From Candidatus Nomurabacteria bacterium RIFCSPLOWO2_01_FULL_39_18 (GTDB taxonomy: Bacteria > Patescibacteriota > Minisyncoccia > Phycocordibacterales > UBA9973): a stretch of DNA of 59,844 nucleotides. Shown here piece by piece: positions 7,397-16,033 of this stretch. Where the stretch lies: positions 1,929-61,772 of the forward strand of contig MFUV01000009.1 in assembly GCA_001787005.1 (NCBI GenBank), in the 5' to 3' direction. How positions within the stretch are numbered: the first letter of the stretch is position 1; each line of letters begins with the position of its first letter. The position numbers and the translations under genes are program-made. The notes beneath the pieces were generated by a model. The model was not told where the DNA came from and did not search any database. It saw only the letters and a list, made by a program, of their open reading frames with translations.

Positions 7397-7783
7397 ATGA
7401 CTTTATTAAAAAACAAATCCAAATTATTACCGAGACGGAGAGAATTAAGGAAAAATCAAACCAAGCACGAGGAAATTTTATGGGAGCATATAAGAAATCG
7501 AAAACTTGGATTTAAGTTTAAAAGGCAGTACAGTATAGGTGGTTATGTTTTAGATTTTTATTGTCCAAAAATCAAATTAGCCATCGAGTTAGACGGGAAC
7601 CAGCATTTAGAAAAAGAAAATTTTTTATACGATGAAGACAGAACTAATTTTTTAAAAGTTTTGGATTGTAAAGTTTTAAGGATTAGAAATTTAGAATTGG
7701 AAACAAATTTAAAAGAAGTTTTATTAAAAATTAAGCATTTTTCCCCTCTACTTGATAAGGAGAGGGGTTTAGGGGTGAGGTGA
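7397..7783 (+). CDS. DUF559 (Vsr-like / restriction-endonuclease-fold) domain protein
   Basis: ELRKNQTKHEEILWEHIRNRKLGFKFKRQYSIGGYVLDFYCPKIKLAIELDGNQH...DRTNFL...VLRIRN fits the DUF559 pattern. The C-terminus PLLDKERGLGVR is encoded by repeat copy D. Confidence 0.8.
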   Translation: MTLLKNKSKLLPRRRELRKNQTKHEEILWEHIRNRKLGFKFKRQYSIGGYVLDFYCPKIKLAIELDGNQHLEKENFLYDEDRTNFLKVLDCKVLRIRNLELETNLKEVLLKIKHFSPLLDKERGLGVR

Positions 7784-7785
7784 AT
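7743..7785. repeat. Family-1 palindrome, copy D (inner palindrome plus right outer arm only)
   Basis: CCCCTCTA-CTTGATAA-GGAGAGGGG-TTTA-GGGGTGAGGTGAA. The left outer arm is absent. Confidence 0.8.
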
Positions 7786-7787
7786 TT

Positions 7788-8318
7788 ATGAATAATCAAA
7801 TCTTTTTCTTTTTTTATAATTTAGCGCATCAGTCGAAATTTCTCGACCAAGTGGTTGTCTTTTTTGCTGTTTATTTTCCATACGTTGTGATTTTTTTGGC
7901 AGGAATATTTCTCTTGATGCATCATGAAGTTTTTAAAACGGAAAGCACTTTCCAAGTTTTTCTAGAAAAAAAGAAGGAAATATTTAGTTCTTTTTTAACC
8001 GGAATTTTAGCTTGGATCTTAACTCATGCTCTGAAATTTCTGTTTTCTTCTATGAGACCCTTTGAAGTACTTCCCCAAATACAGCCATTAATTTCGAAAA
8101 CAAGTTCCGCTTTTCCATCCGGGCATGCGGCTTTCTTTATGGCTTTAGCAATTTCTATTTTCTTTTTCCATAAAAAAGCTGGCTACTGGTTCATGCTTTT
8201 TGCACTTGTGATTGGCATTGCTCGCGTCATCGCCGGGGTACATTTTCCGATTGATATTCTAGGCGGTTTTATCTTCGGCGCCCTGATTGCTTATTTTGTG
8301 AAAAGTGTAAAATTATGA
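7788..8318 (+). CDS. PAP2-family lipid phosphatase (undecaprenyl-diphosphatase-like)
   Basis: The three PAP2 motifs are present: KFLFSSMRPF, PSGHAAF, ARVIAGVHFPIDILGG. Confidence 0.8.
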   Translation: MNNQIFFFFYNLAHQSKFLDQVVVFFAVYFPYVVIFLAGIFLLMHHEVFKTESTFQVFLEKKKEIFSSFLTGILAWILTHALKFLFSSMRPFEVLPQIQPLISKTSSAFPSGHAAFFMALAISIFFFHKKAGYWFMLFALVIGIARVIAGVHFPIDILGGFIFGALIAYFVKSVKL

Positions 8319-8330
8319 AATAATTTTCTT

Positions 8331-9203
8331 ATGGAATATAGACCTAGATTATCTGGCCAGCTTTTTTCTCCGCCACAATTAACCCCCGAACAAATAAGGG
8401 AAAAATTAGAAGATCCAGCCTACTTGCCGCATCTCGCAGAAATACTGACAGCCTTTGCTCCTGACAGAAACAAGGAAATTAGCGAAGAAGAAGAACTAGC
8501 GTATATAAAATTATGGCAAAACTATTTAAACAGAGAGGGCAGCCCTGTTTACGAATTTTTAAGTGAAGAGTTTCTGATTGCATTGTCAAACTATCTTTCA
8601 CAACGAATTAAGACCGTTTATCATGGAACAAAAGCTAGCCCAGTCGTTATATTAGAAGTTGCGGCGGGTGATGGTCGGCTAACTCATTTCTTGTCACAAA
8701 AACTAGAAAAACTTGTTGGAAAATGTGTCAAAATTATTTCGATGGATTCAGGGAAAGACTATGTCGATCCCCACGTTAGAATAACACCAAAATTTCCCGT
8801 TGAAAGAATTTCTCAAGTAGATGCCCTAGTAAAATATAGGCCCACAATTGTGATCTGCTCTTGGATGCCCGAGGATGTTGATTTCACTAGAGAGTTTCGA
8901 CATACTAGTACTGTTAAAGAGTATGTCCTGATAGGAGAAGACGATGGGGGCTGTTGCGGTAAACCTTGGGATACGTGGGGCTATGGAGCCAACCATAAAA
9001 AACACGAAGGGGAACTTGCCCCTTATCAAAAAGAAGGTTTCACAAGACAATACGTTGAAGCAACGCAACATACTCAGCTTTGCCGGTCTGATAAGCCACA
9101 AGATATAACCACACACCAGTTTTCTAAAGAGAAAAACAAAATGGAAGAAATAATTGAAACATCGAGTCATTCCAGCACAGTATCATTCAGACGTGTACTC
9201 TAA
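8331..9203 (+). CDS. Putative class I SAM-dependent methyltransferase-like protein
   Basis: Contains the motif I-like VILEVAAGDGRLTHFL. The rest is unrecognised. Confidence 0.4.
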   Translation: MEYRPRLSGQLFSPPQLTPEQIREKLEDPAYLPHLAEILTAFAPDRNKEISEEEELAYIKLWQNYLNREGSPVYEFLSEEFLIALSNYLSQRIKTVYHGTKASPVVILEVAAGDGRLTHFLSQKLEKLVGKCVKIISMDSGKDYVDPHVRITPKFPVERISQVDALVKYRPTIVICSWMPEDVDFTREFRHTSTVKEYVLIGEDDGGCCGKPWDTWGYGANHKKHEGELAPYQKEGFTRQYVEATQHTQLCRSDKPQDITTHQFSKEKNKMEEIIETSSHSSTVSFRRVL

Positions 9204-9289
9204 TTTCTCCAGTTGCTTATTTTGTAAAAAAAATCTCTAAATCTCACTAGGCAAGACCTAGTGATCTAAAACAAGACCTAATTAAAGAA

Positions 9290-9646
9290 TTACATACCTT
9301 TTTCTTCCATAGTGGGAACCCTGAGTCCTCTTCTTTCGATTTCTTTCCTTAATTTTCCAAGGTCCGTAAATCCAACTTCTATTCTTCCCTGACTTTCTTC
9401 GGGTGTTGAAATTTTATCTAATTCAGATCCAATCACATCCTTATGACGTACTTCACCTGGATGATCTCGTCTCTCGATGTCATCTCTTGTCCATGCTTGA
9501 GATGTTTCATAATGAGAAAGTAAATCCTCGTCGCTCAATTCTTCTATAGTAACTTTTTTTTCTTCACTTATATCCATTCTGTTCCTCTCCACATATGACA
9601 TGTTTTCTCTTTTTTTGTCTCCCCCAAATCCCAAGTTTTCAAGCAT
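9290..9646 (-). CDS. Hypothetical acidic protein
   Basis: 118-aa ORF on a segment flanked by direct repeats (9210-9249 and 9727-9774). Confidence 0.4.
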   Translation of the reverse strand: MLENLGFGGDKKRENMSYVERNRMDISEEKKVTIEELSDEDLLSHYETSQAWTRDDIERRDHPGEVRHKDVIGSELDKISTPEESQGRIEVGFTDLGKLRKEIERRGLRVPTMEEKGM

Positions 9647-9773
9647 AATTTTAATTGTTAAATAATAATAATAATTTAATTATACCCCCATCGAATAAAA
9701 TAACAAGAATCAAGTTTTAGATATGCAAAATCTCACTATTAAGTTGCCCTGATTGCTTATTTTGTAAAAAAAA

Positions 9774-9844
9774 TATACCCCCACACTTAATTCATTTTTA
9801 TCAAACTAACCTTATATTTTTGACTTTTTAAGTGTGGGGGTATA
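9774..9844. repeat. 17-bp perfect inverted repeat immediately upstream of secD
   Basis: TATACCCCCACACTTAA (9774-9790) and TTAAGTGTGGGGGTATA (9828-9844) are separated by a 37-nt loop. TATACCCCCA also occurs at 9681. Confidence 0.7.
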
Positions 9845-9860
9845 GAATTACCCTACATTT

Positions 9861-11255
9861 ATGAAAATATGGGGAATGTCAAAGACATTTAAGAAAGTAA
9901 TTTTGGCTATTATCGTGCTTATGTTCGGCGCAGGTATTGGTCTTTTTGTTTATAAATCAGAACCGAAATTAAACAAAAATTTTGAGACAGAAAGAACATT
10001 TTTCAAAAATCACCCATTTCGTCTTGGTCTCGACCTCTCTGGAGGTAGTCACTTGATATACAAGGCAGATGTGAGCGGGGTGCCGGGGGATCAAATTTCT
10101 GATTCTATGGATGCTTTGAGGGATGTCATTGAGCGCAGAGTCAATCTTTTTGGAGTTTCTGAGCCGGTGGTGCAGGTGCAGGGAGGGGGATTTATTTCAG
10201 GCGGGGAAAATAAGCTGATTGTTGATCTTCCTGGAATCACCGATGTAGAGAAAGCGACAGCTATGATTGGAGAGACCCCGCTTTTGGAATTTAAAATTGA
10301 AAGATCCAAAGACGAGCCAATAACTATAAAACCAGGCAAAGACGGGAAGATAGACGCGGAAGCCTTAAATGCACAGCAACAATTTGTTTCTACCGAACTG
10401 ACGGGCAGATATTTACAAAAGGCAACCTTGGAATTTGATCAAAATACCCGCGCGCCGAATATAAGTTTACAGTTTGACGATACAGGCACAAAGCTTTTTG
10501 CGGAGATCACAAAAAATAATATTGGCAAAATGGTGGCAATATATTTAGACGGTCTGCCCATCTCTACTCCGGTAGTTCGCGAGGTGATTCCCAATGGCCA
10601 AGCGGTGATTTCTGGCAGTTTCATTCCCACTGAAGCGAGAGAGCTTGTGCGTAATTTAAATTACGGCGCACTGCCGCTACCCATCAGTCTTCTTTCTAAG
10701 CAAACTATCGGTGCTACGCTCGGAGACAACGCAGTTGTGGCAGGGGTGAAGGCTACTATCATCGGATTTCTGCTAGTGATTTCCTTTTTAATATTATGGT
10801 ATCGCTTGCCAGGGCTAGTGGCCGCTCTTTCTTTGTGTATTTTTATCACTATCATGCTCTCGCTCTTTAAATTAGTACCAGTAACTTTGACTGCGGCAGG
10901 TATCGCCGGATTTATAATTTCTATTGGCATAGCGGTGGATGCCAATGTGCTCATTTTTGAACGCATTAAAGAAGAATTGTGTTCTGGCAGAAGCGTGACG
11001 GATGCCATCTCAGCCGGTTTTTCTCGTGCTTGGTTTTCAATTCGCGATTCTAATATTTCAAATTTCATTACCGCCCTTATTCTTTTCTGGTTTGGCACAT
11101 CTTTGATTAAAGGATTCGCGCTAACACTCGGCATGGGAGTGCTTGTTTCAATGTTTAGCGCTATTACCGTTACCAGGATTTTTCTTTCTTTGTTTAATTT
11201 TGTGGGAGATGGCAAGGTCGCTAAATTTTTATTTAGTTCTGGCATAACGAGATAG
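9861..11255 (+). CDS. secD: Protein translocase subunit SecD
   Basis: Has GLDLSGGSHLIYKAD, a periplasmic domain, and a C-terminal six-TM block with DANVLIFERIKEE. Confidence 0.9.
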   Translation: MKIWGMSKTFKKVILAIIVLMFGAGIGLFVYKSEPKLNKNFETERTFFKNHPFRLGLDLSGGSHLIYKADVSGVPGDQISDSMDALRDVIERRVNLFGVSEPVVQVQGGGFISGGENKLIVDLPGITDVEKATAMIGETPLLEFKIERSKDEPITIKPGKDGKIDAEALNAQQQFVSTELTGRYLQKATLEFDQNTRAPNISLQFDDTGTKLFAEITKNNIGKMVAIYLDGLPISTPVVREVIPNGQAVISGSFIPTEARELVRNLNYGALPLPISLLSKQTIGATLGDNAVVAGVKATIIGFLLVISFLILWYRLPGLVAALSLCIFITIMLSLFKLVPVTLTAAGIAGFIISIGIAVDANVLIFERIKEELCSGRSVTDAISAGFSRAWFSIRDSNISNFITALILFWFGTSLIKGFALTLGMGVLVSMFSAITVTRIFLSLFNFVGDGKVAKFLFSSGITR

Positions 11256-11300
11256 AGGTTTAGCCTCTATCTAAAGTCTAAAACTCTATCGCAAAACATT

Positions 11301-12200
11301 ATGTTTATCATTAAACACAAAAAAATATTTATCAGCTTCTCGATATCTCTAGTGGTTCTTTCTTTGCTTTCGCTTTTAATTTTTGGATTAAAAGTCGGTA
11401 TTGATTTTAAGGGCGGAGCTTTGACGGAAGTAGTTTATACTACCCTACGTCCAGCGCAGGCTGATCTAGATACTGCGCTTCAGTCTTTAGAGCTGGGTTC
11501 TGTCCTTGTCCAGCCGACGGGGAATACGGGCTATATTATAAAATCTCGCGATTTAAATGATGCCGAACACGCCTTGGTTCTAAAGACTCTCTCGCTCGGA
11601 GGAAAGAATGAGTTGACCGAAACAAGCTTTAATTCAATCGGACCCTCAGTTGGAAAGGAATTAACAAGGAAGGCCGTTATTGCTATTATTTTGGTTTCGC
11701 TTGCGATAGTTTGCTTTATCGCCTTTGCTTTTAGAAAAGTCTCTCGTCCGGTTTCGTCCTGGCGATATGGGTTTATCGCAATTATTACATTACTGCATGA
11801 TGTTATCATCCCGATTGGTCTTTTTACTATTCTTTCACATTTTTATGGCGCGGAGTTGGACACTCTTTTTGTGGTTGCGATTCTCACCATACTTGGTCTC
11901 TCTGTCTCGGACACAATCGTTATTTTTGACAGGATTCGAGAAAATCTAAACAATCAAGTGAATATATCAAAATCTAATTTTAGTGAGATAGTGGGCGGGA
12001 GCCTCGAACAATCATTTGTCCGGTCCATATGCACTTCGCTCACAGTCATCTTGGTGCTACTTGCGCTCTTCACTTTTGGCCCTGTTTCTACAAAGTACTT
12101 TGCTCTCATGCTCACCACTGGCATGTTTTTCGGCACATATTCGTCAATTTTTTTGGCATCTCCGCTTTTGGTGTTAGTGGAAGAATGGCAAAAAAGGTGA
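11301..12200 (+). CDS. secF: Protein translocase subunit SecF
   Basis: Has GIDFKGG and DTIVIFDRIREN, and is adjacent to secD. Confidence 0.9.
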   Translation: MFIIKHKKIFISFSISLVVLSLLSLLIFGLKVGIDFKGGALTEVVYTTLRPAQADLDTALQSLELGSVLVQPTGNTGYIIKSRDLNDAEHALVLKTLSLGGKNELTETSFNSIGPSVGKELTRKAVIAIILVSLAIVCFIAFAFRKVSRPVSSWRYGFIAIITLLHDVIIPIGLFTILSHFYGAELDTLFVVAILTILGLSVSDTIVIFDRIRENLNNQVNISKSNFSEIVGGSLEQSFVRSICTSLTVILVLLALFTFGPVSTKYFALMLTTGMFFGTYSSIFLASPLLVLVEEWQKR

Positions 12201-12206
12201 TACAAT
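12198..12206 (+). promoter_or_regulatory. Extended -10 (TGaTACAAT) overlapping the secF stop, 7 nt before the lemA ATG
   Basis: Motif and spacing were read directly. Confidence 0.45.
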
Positions 12207-12213
12207 AAAATAT

Positions 12214-12765
12214 ATGAAATACATTTTAATTGTTTTGGGAGCTTTGGTGCTATGGGCGATTTATATTTATAATGGTTTCGTTTCTCTAAAAAATAGAGCA
12301 CAGGAGGCCTGGGCGGATATTGAGGTGCAATTAAAGCGCCGATACGACTTGATTCCGAACCTGGTGAATACAGTGAAGGGTTATGCCACCCATGAATCAA
12401 GCGCTTTTGAGAATGTTACGAAGGCGAGGTCTATGGCTATGGGGGCATCTGGTCCCACCAAGGAGCATGCAAAAGCGGAAAATATGCTAACCGGGGCGCT
12501 GAAATCTATTTTTGCTATTTCTGAAGCGTATCCAGATTTAAAAGCGAACACAAACTTTCTTGAACTTCAGCGTGAGCTTTCTGACACCGAAAATAAAATC
12601 CAAGCGGCGCGAAGATTCTACAATGCGAACGTCCGTGACTTGAATACCAAGATCGAATCTTTCCCTTCCAACATTCTTGCCGGGATTTTTCATTTTTCAA
12701 AAATAGAATTCTTCGACCTTGCGGACAATGACGCCGCGCAAAACCCCGTCGAAGTAAAATTCTAA
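12214..12765 (+). CDS. lemA: LemA family protein
   Basis: N-terminal TM helix, NRAQEAWADIEVQLKRRYDLIPNLV and ARRFYNANVRDLNTKIESFPSNI. Confidence 0.85.
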   Translation: MKYILIVLGALVLWAIYIYNGFVSLKNRAQEAWADIEVQLKRRYDLIPNLVNTVKGYATHESSAFENVTKARSMAMGASGPTKEHAKAENMLTGALKSIFAISEAYPDLKANTNFLELQRELSDTENKIQAARRFYNANVRDLNTKIESFPSNILAGIFHFSKIEFFDLADNDAAQNPVEVKF

Positions 12766-12770
12766 ACTAG

Positions 12771-13256
12771 ATGAATAATTTTTTTGGTTCAAAATTAAAT
12801 AGCGTGCTCCTAATAGTCCTCATTATTTTGATGATTTTTGCTATTAAAATAATGCTGAAGGAAAAAGAGAAATATTTTCCTATACTGACGCCTACCAAAG
12901 AAGAACCGACTCCAAATTCTCAAATCTTGGGTAACAAAGATGATTTAGTAACATTCTCTATTTTACCCAGTTCAAAAGTTCATGGAGTCTTGTCTTATCG
13001 AGGAGTCATTAAAGGCGCATACTTTTTTGAGGCGAACATCGTGATAAATATTTTAGATTTAAATAAAAATGTTCTACAGAGAAGTAACGCCATGGCTACT
13101 AGCGACTGGATGACTTCGGGACCAGTGGATTTTGAAGGTAATTTCGACTTTGGAGGGCTACCGAAGGGTCCCGCTTATTTTGAAATCCACAACGACAACC
13201 CTTCAGATATGCGCCAAAATGACAAATCCATCCTCATTCCTATTGTGATAGAATAA
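12771..13256 (+). CDS. Membrane-anchored protein with a Gmad2-like Ig domain
   Basis: N-terminal TM helix. The C-terminal GAYFFEANIVINILD...GPVDFEGNFDF pattern resembles Gmad2. Confidence 0.45.
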   Translation: MNNFFGSKLNSVLLIVLIILMIFAIKIMLKEKEKYFPILTPTKEEPTPNSQILGNKDDLVTFSILPSSKVHGVLSYRGVIKGAYFFEANIVINILDLNKNVLQRSNAMATSDWMTSGPVDFEGNFDFGGLPKGPAYFEIHNDNPSDMRQNDKSILIPIVIE

Positions 13257-13260
13257 GTGA

Positions 13261-14172
13261 ATGGCTACGCTTTATACTCACCAAACTCAAAATATTACAA
13301 AAACTTGGATTTTAATGACCTTGTTTTTTGTCGTTATCATCGGGCTCGGCTGGTTTTTTAGTTTTTATTACGGCAATCCAGACATTCTATATTTTTTTGT
13401 TGCCTTCAGTATTCTGATGAATATTTTCTCATATTGGTTTTCAGATAAAATTGTTCTGACACTCGCAGGGGCAAAGCTAGCCAAGAGGGAAGAGTATTTT
13501 GATCTATATACCAGCGTTGAGAATCTTTCAATTACGGCTGGGCTACCGATGCCGAAAGTCTATGTAGTGGAAGATCCAGCGCCGAATGCTTTCGCCACAG
13601 GGCGGAACAAAGAGCATGCTGTCGTCTGCGTCACGACCGGGCTTCTTAAAATTTTAGAGAAAAATGAGCTAGAGGGCGTGATAGCCCACGAGCTCTCCCA
13701 TATCGGCAATCGTGATATGTTGCTTTCTACTGTTGTGGTGGTGCTGGTTGGTTTTGTTTCCATTATTGCAGATGTGTTCAGGCGCAATTTATTTTTTAGC
13801 AGGAGCAGAGACAGCGACAATAAAGCGCAAGGTATAATTTTGCTTATCGGAATAATTCTTTCAATTTTAGCGCCGATTTTTGCCATACTTATCCAGCTGG
13901 CCATCTCTCGCAAACGCGAATTTCTAGCAGATGCCTCCGGAGCATTGCTCATGCGCTATCCAGAAGGACTCTCTAATGCATTGCGTAAAATTTCTCAGAA
14001 TAGCAAACCGATGACTCGCCAATCCAATACTATTGCGCATCTATACATTGCCGACCCGAAAGGAACTGGAGTTGGCCTGCCTGCGCAGGCAGGCAAAAAA
14101 ATCAGCGGCCTCTTCGCTACCCATCCGCCGGTAGAAGAGAGAATCAAGGCTTTGGTTGGACAAAAGGAATGA
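13261..14172 (+). CDS. htpX: M48 zinc metalloprotease HtpX
   Basis: Has HELSHIGNRD (HExxH), four TM segments and a C-terminal LFATHPPVEERI. Confidence 0.9.
   Translation: MATLYTHQTQNITKTWILMTLFFVVIIGLGWFFSFYYGNPDILYFFVAFSILMNIFSYWFSDKIVLTLAGAKLAKREEYFDLYTSVENLSITAGLPMPKVYVVEDPAPNAFATGRNKEHAVVCVTTGLLKILEKNELEGVIAHELSHIGNRDMLLSTVVVVLVGFVSIIADVFRRNLFFSRSRDSDNKAQGIILLIGIILSILAPIFAILIQLAISRKREFLADASGALLMRYPEGLSNALRKISQNSKPMTRQSNTIAHLYIADPKGTGVGLPAQAGKKISGLFATHPPVEERIKALVGQKE
14075..14094. repeat. Family-2 palindrome (GCCTGCCTGCGCAGGCAGGC), in frame inside htpX
   Basis: A perfect 20-bp palindrome that encodes GLPAQAG. Related copies lie at 31152, 31216, 31619 and 48224. Confidence 0.8.
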
Positions 14173-14294
14173 ATCCCGTACGAAGTCGCTCGGTTTAACA
14201 AAATCACAGAAGGTGCTATAATAGCTACGTCTTTTTATGTCATTATTAGTAAAATAACTACGGAAATCTAAAGATTTCCTACTTCGTACGGGAT
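14173..14294. mobile_element. 122-bp MITE-like element with 14-bp perfect terminal inverted repeats
   Basis: ATCCCGTACGAAGT (14173-14186) and ACTTCGTACGGGAT (14281-14294). It fills the whole htpX-gatC spacer, and the flanks read GAATGA| and |GAAT. Confidence 0.55.
14214..14222 (+). promoter_or_regulatory. Extended -10 (TGcTATAAT) inside the 122-bp element, facing gatC
   Basis: Motif was read directly. Confidence 0.4.
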
Positions 14295-14565
14295 GAATAT
14301 CAAAGATGTAGAAAACCTTGCAAAACTTGCCAGGATTGAGCTTACTGAAGAAGAAAAAAGTGAATTGCTGTCCGACATGGACAGCATTTTGGAGTATGTC
14401 AAGCAGGTTGAAGAAATGAAAGTTGAGGACACGAAGTCAGAATTATCCACTTACAATGTTTGGCGAGAGGACAAAATAGAATCCCGGGATTTCTCCAGAG
14501 AGCTTATTACAAAACAATTTCCCGCTTCAAAAAATGGATTTTTGAAAGTAAAAAAGATTTTATGA
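14293..14565 (+). CDS. gatC: Glu/Asp-tRNA amidotransferase subunit C
   Basis: Has LAKLARIELTEEEKSELLSDMDSILEYV. Its stop overlaps the gatA start (ATGA). Confidence 0.85.
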   Translation: MNIKDVENLAKLARIELTEEEKSELLSDMDSILEYVKQVEEMKVEDTKSELSTYNVWREDKIESRDFSRELITKQFPASKNGFLKVKKIL

Positions 14566-15989
14566 CAATAGACTTAAAAAATCTGACAATAAAAAAAGCG
14601 AGGATGGCGCTAGATGAGAAAGAATTTTCGGCAGTGGATTTGGCGCAGGCGTATTTAGGTAAGATAAAAGAGAAAAACAAAGAACTCAATGCGTACCTTG
14701 AAGTTTATGATGATGTATTAGAGCAAGCAAAACTTGCCGATGAAAAAATCGGGAGAGGGGAGAGTTCCCCGCTTCTCGGCATTCCTCTAGCTATCAAAGA
14801 TGTTATTCTGGTGAAAAATAAAAAAGTTTCCTCCGCATCAAAGATTTTGGAAAATTATGTGGCGTCCTATGATGCTACGGTGATTGCCAAGCTAAAGGAG
14901 CAAGGAGCAGTGTTTTTAGGCAGGACTAATATGGATGAATTCGCCCTGGGATCCTCGACGGAGAATTCAGCTTTCGGAGTAACGCGAAATCCTTATGATC
15001 TCTCGCGGGTAGCCGGCGGGACTTCGGGCGGATCAACTGTTGCCGTAGCGAGCGATATGGCGCTCGGCGCTCTAGGATCAGACACAGGGGGGTCAGTTCG
15101 CCTGCCTGCTGCCTTTTGCGGAGTTGTGGGACTAAAACCGACTTATGGTAGAGTCTCACGATATGGTTTGATCGCGGCGGCCTCATCTTTTGACTGCGTA
15201 GGTCAGATTGCCAAGAATATAGAAGATGCAGAAATAATCTTTAATGCTATTTCCGGGCATGATATTTTAGACAGCACTAGTGTTAATTATGAAGCGGACT
15301 CAAAATTATCCAGTAAAAAAGAGTTAGTGATTGGCGTGCCCTGGAATTTAATCAACCAAGAAGGAATTGAGCCAAACGTCAAAGAGAATTTCCAGAAAAT
15401 TGTAAAAAGTTTTGAGAGTTCGGGATATAAAATTAAAGATATCAGTCTCCCCAACTGCATTGCCCTGTATTACATTATCAACTTCGCTGAAGTATCTTCC
15501 AATTTATCGCGTTTTGATGGAGTCCGGTATGGTCTCCATAAAGATGGTAAGAATTTACTTGAAGATTATTTATTGACCAAAGGGCAAGGCTTTGGCAAAG
15601 AGGCCAGGAGGAGAATCCTACTTGGCACCTTCGTGCTTTCAGCTGGTTATTATGACGCCTATTATGGCAAGGCGCAGAGAACTCGTGACGCCTTGAGGAA
15701 AGAATTCAAAAAATTATTTTCTGAAATTGATTTGATATTAACACCGACTTCTCCGATACCCGCCTGGAAAATCGGGGAGAAAAGCGACCCCCTTTCTATG
15801 TATTTGGCTGATATTTTTACTGTGACAGCAAACATCGTTGGTATTCCAGCTATTTCCTTGCCGTCAGGTTTTATGGAAGTGGCAGGGAAGAAAGTTCCAC
15901 TAGGTATCCAGTTTATGGCGCCGCACGGCAGAGAAGAATTTCTTTTCGAGGTAGGTAAGAAATTAGAGATGATAGAGGGCAGTAATTAA
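14562..15989 (+). CDS. gatA: Glu/Asp-tRNA amidotransferase subunit A
   Basis: Has the amidase signature GGTSGGSTVAVAS...GSDTGGSVRLPAAFCG. The start was set at MTIDLKNL; the ORF-track extension overlaps gatC. Confidence 0.9.
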   Translation: MTIDLKNLTIKKARMALDEKEFSAVDLAQAYLGKIKEKNKELNAYLEVYDDVLEQAKLADEKIGRGESSPLLGIPLAIKDVILVKNKKVSSASKILENYVASYDATVIAKLKEQGAVFLGRTNMDEFALGSSTENSAFGVTRNPYDLSRVAGGTSGGSTVAVASDMALGALGSDTGGSVRLPAAFCGVVGLKPTYGRVSRYGLIAAASSFDCVGQIAKNIEDAEIIFNAISGHDILDSTSVNYEADSKLSSKKELVIGVPWNLINQEGIEPNVKENFQKIVKSFESSGYKIKDISLPNCIALYYIINFAEVSSNLSRFDGVRYGLHKDGKNLLEDYLLTKGQGFGKEARRRILLGTFVLSAGYYDAYYGKAQRTRDALRKEFKKLFSEIDLILTPTSPIPAWKIGEKSDPLSMYLADIFTVTANIVGIPAISLPSGFMEVAGKKVPLGIQFMAPHGREEFLFEVGKKLEMIEGSN

Positions 15990-16033
15990 TGGCTTTTCCA
16001 TGATATAATTACATTGCTTTACAAAAAATTTCC

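Noticed and set aside
14460-14561. 34-codon N-terminal extension of gatA
   Set aside because: It overlaps gatC in another frame. GatA homology starts at MTIDLKNL (14562), which overlaps the gatC stop as ATGA.
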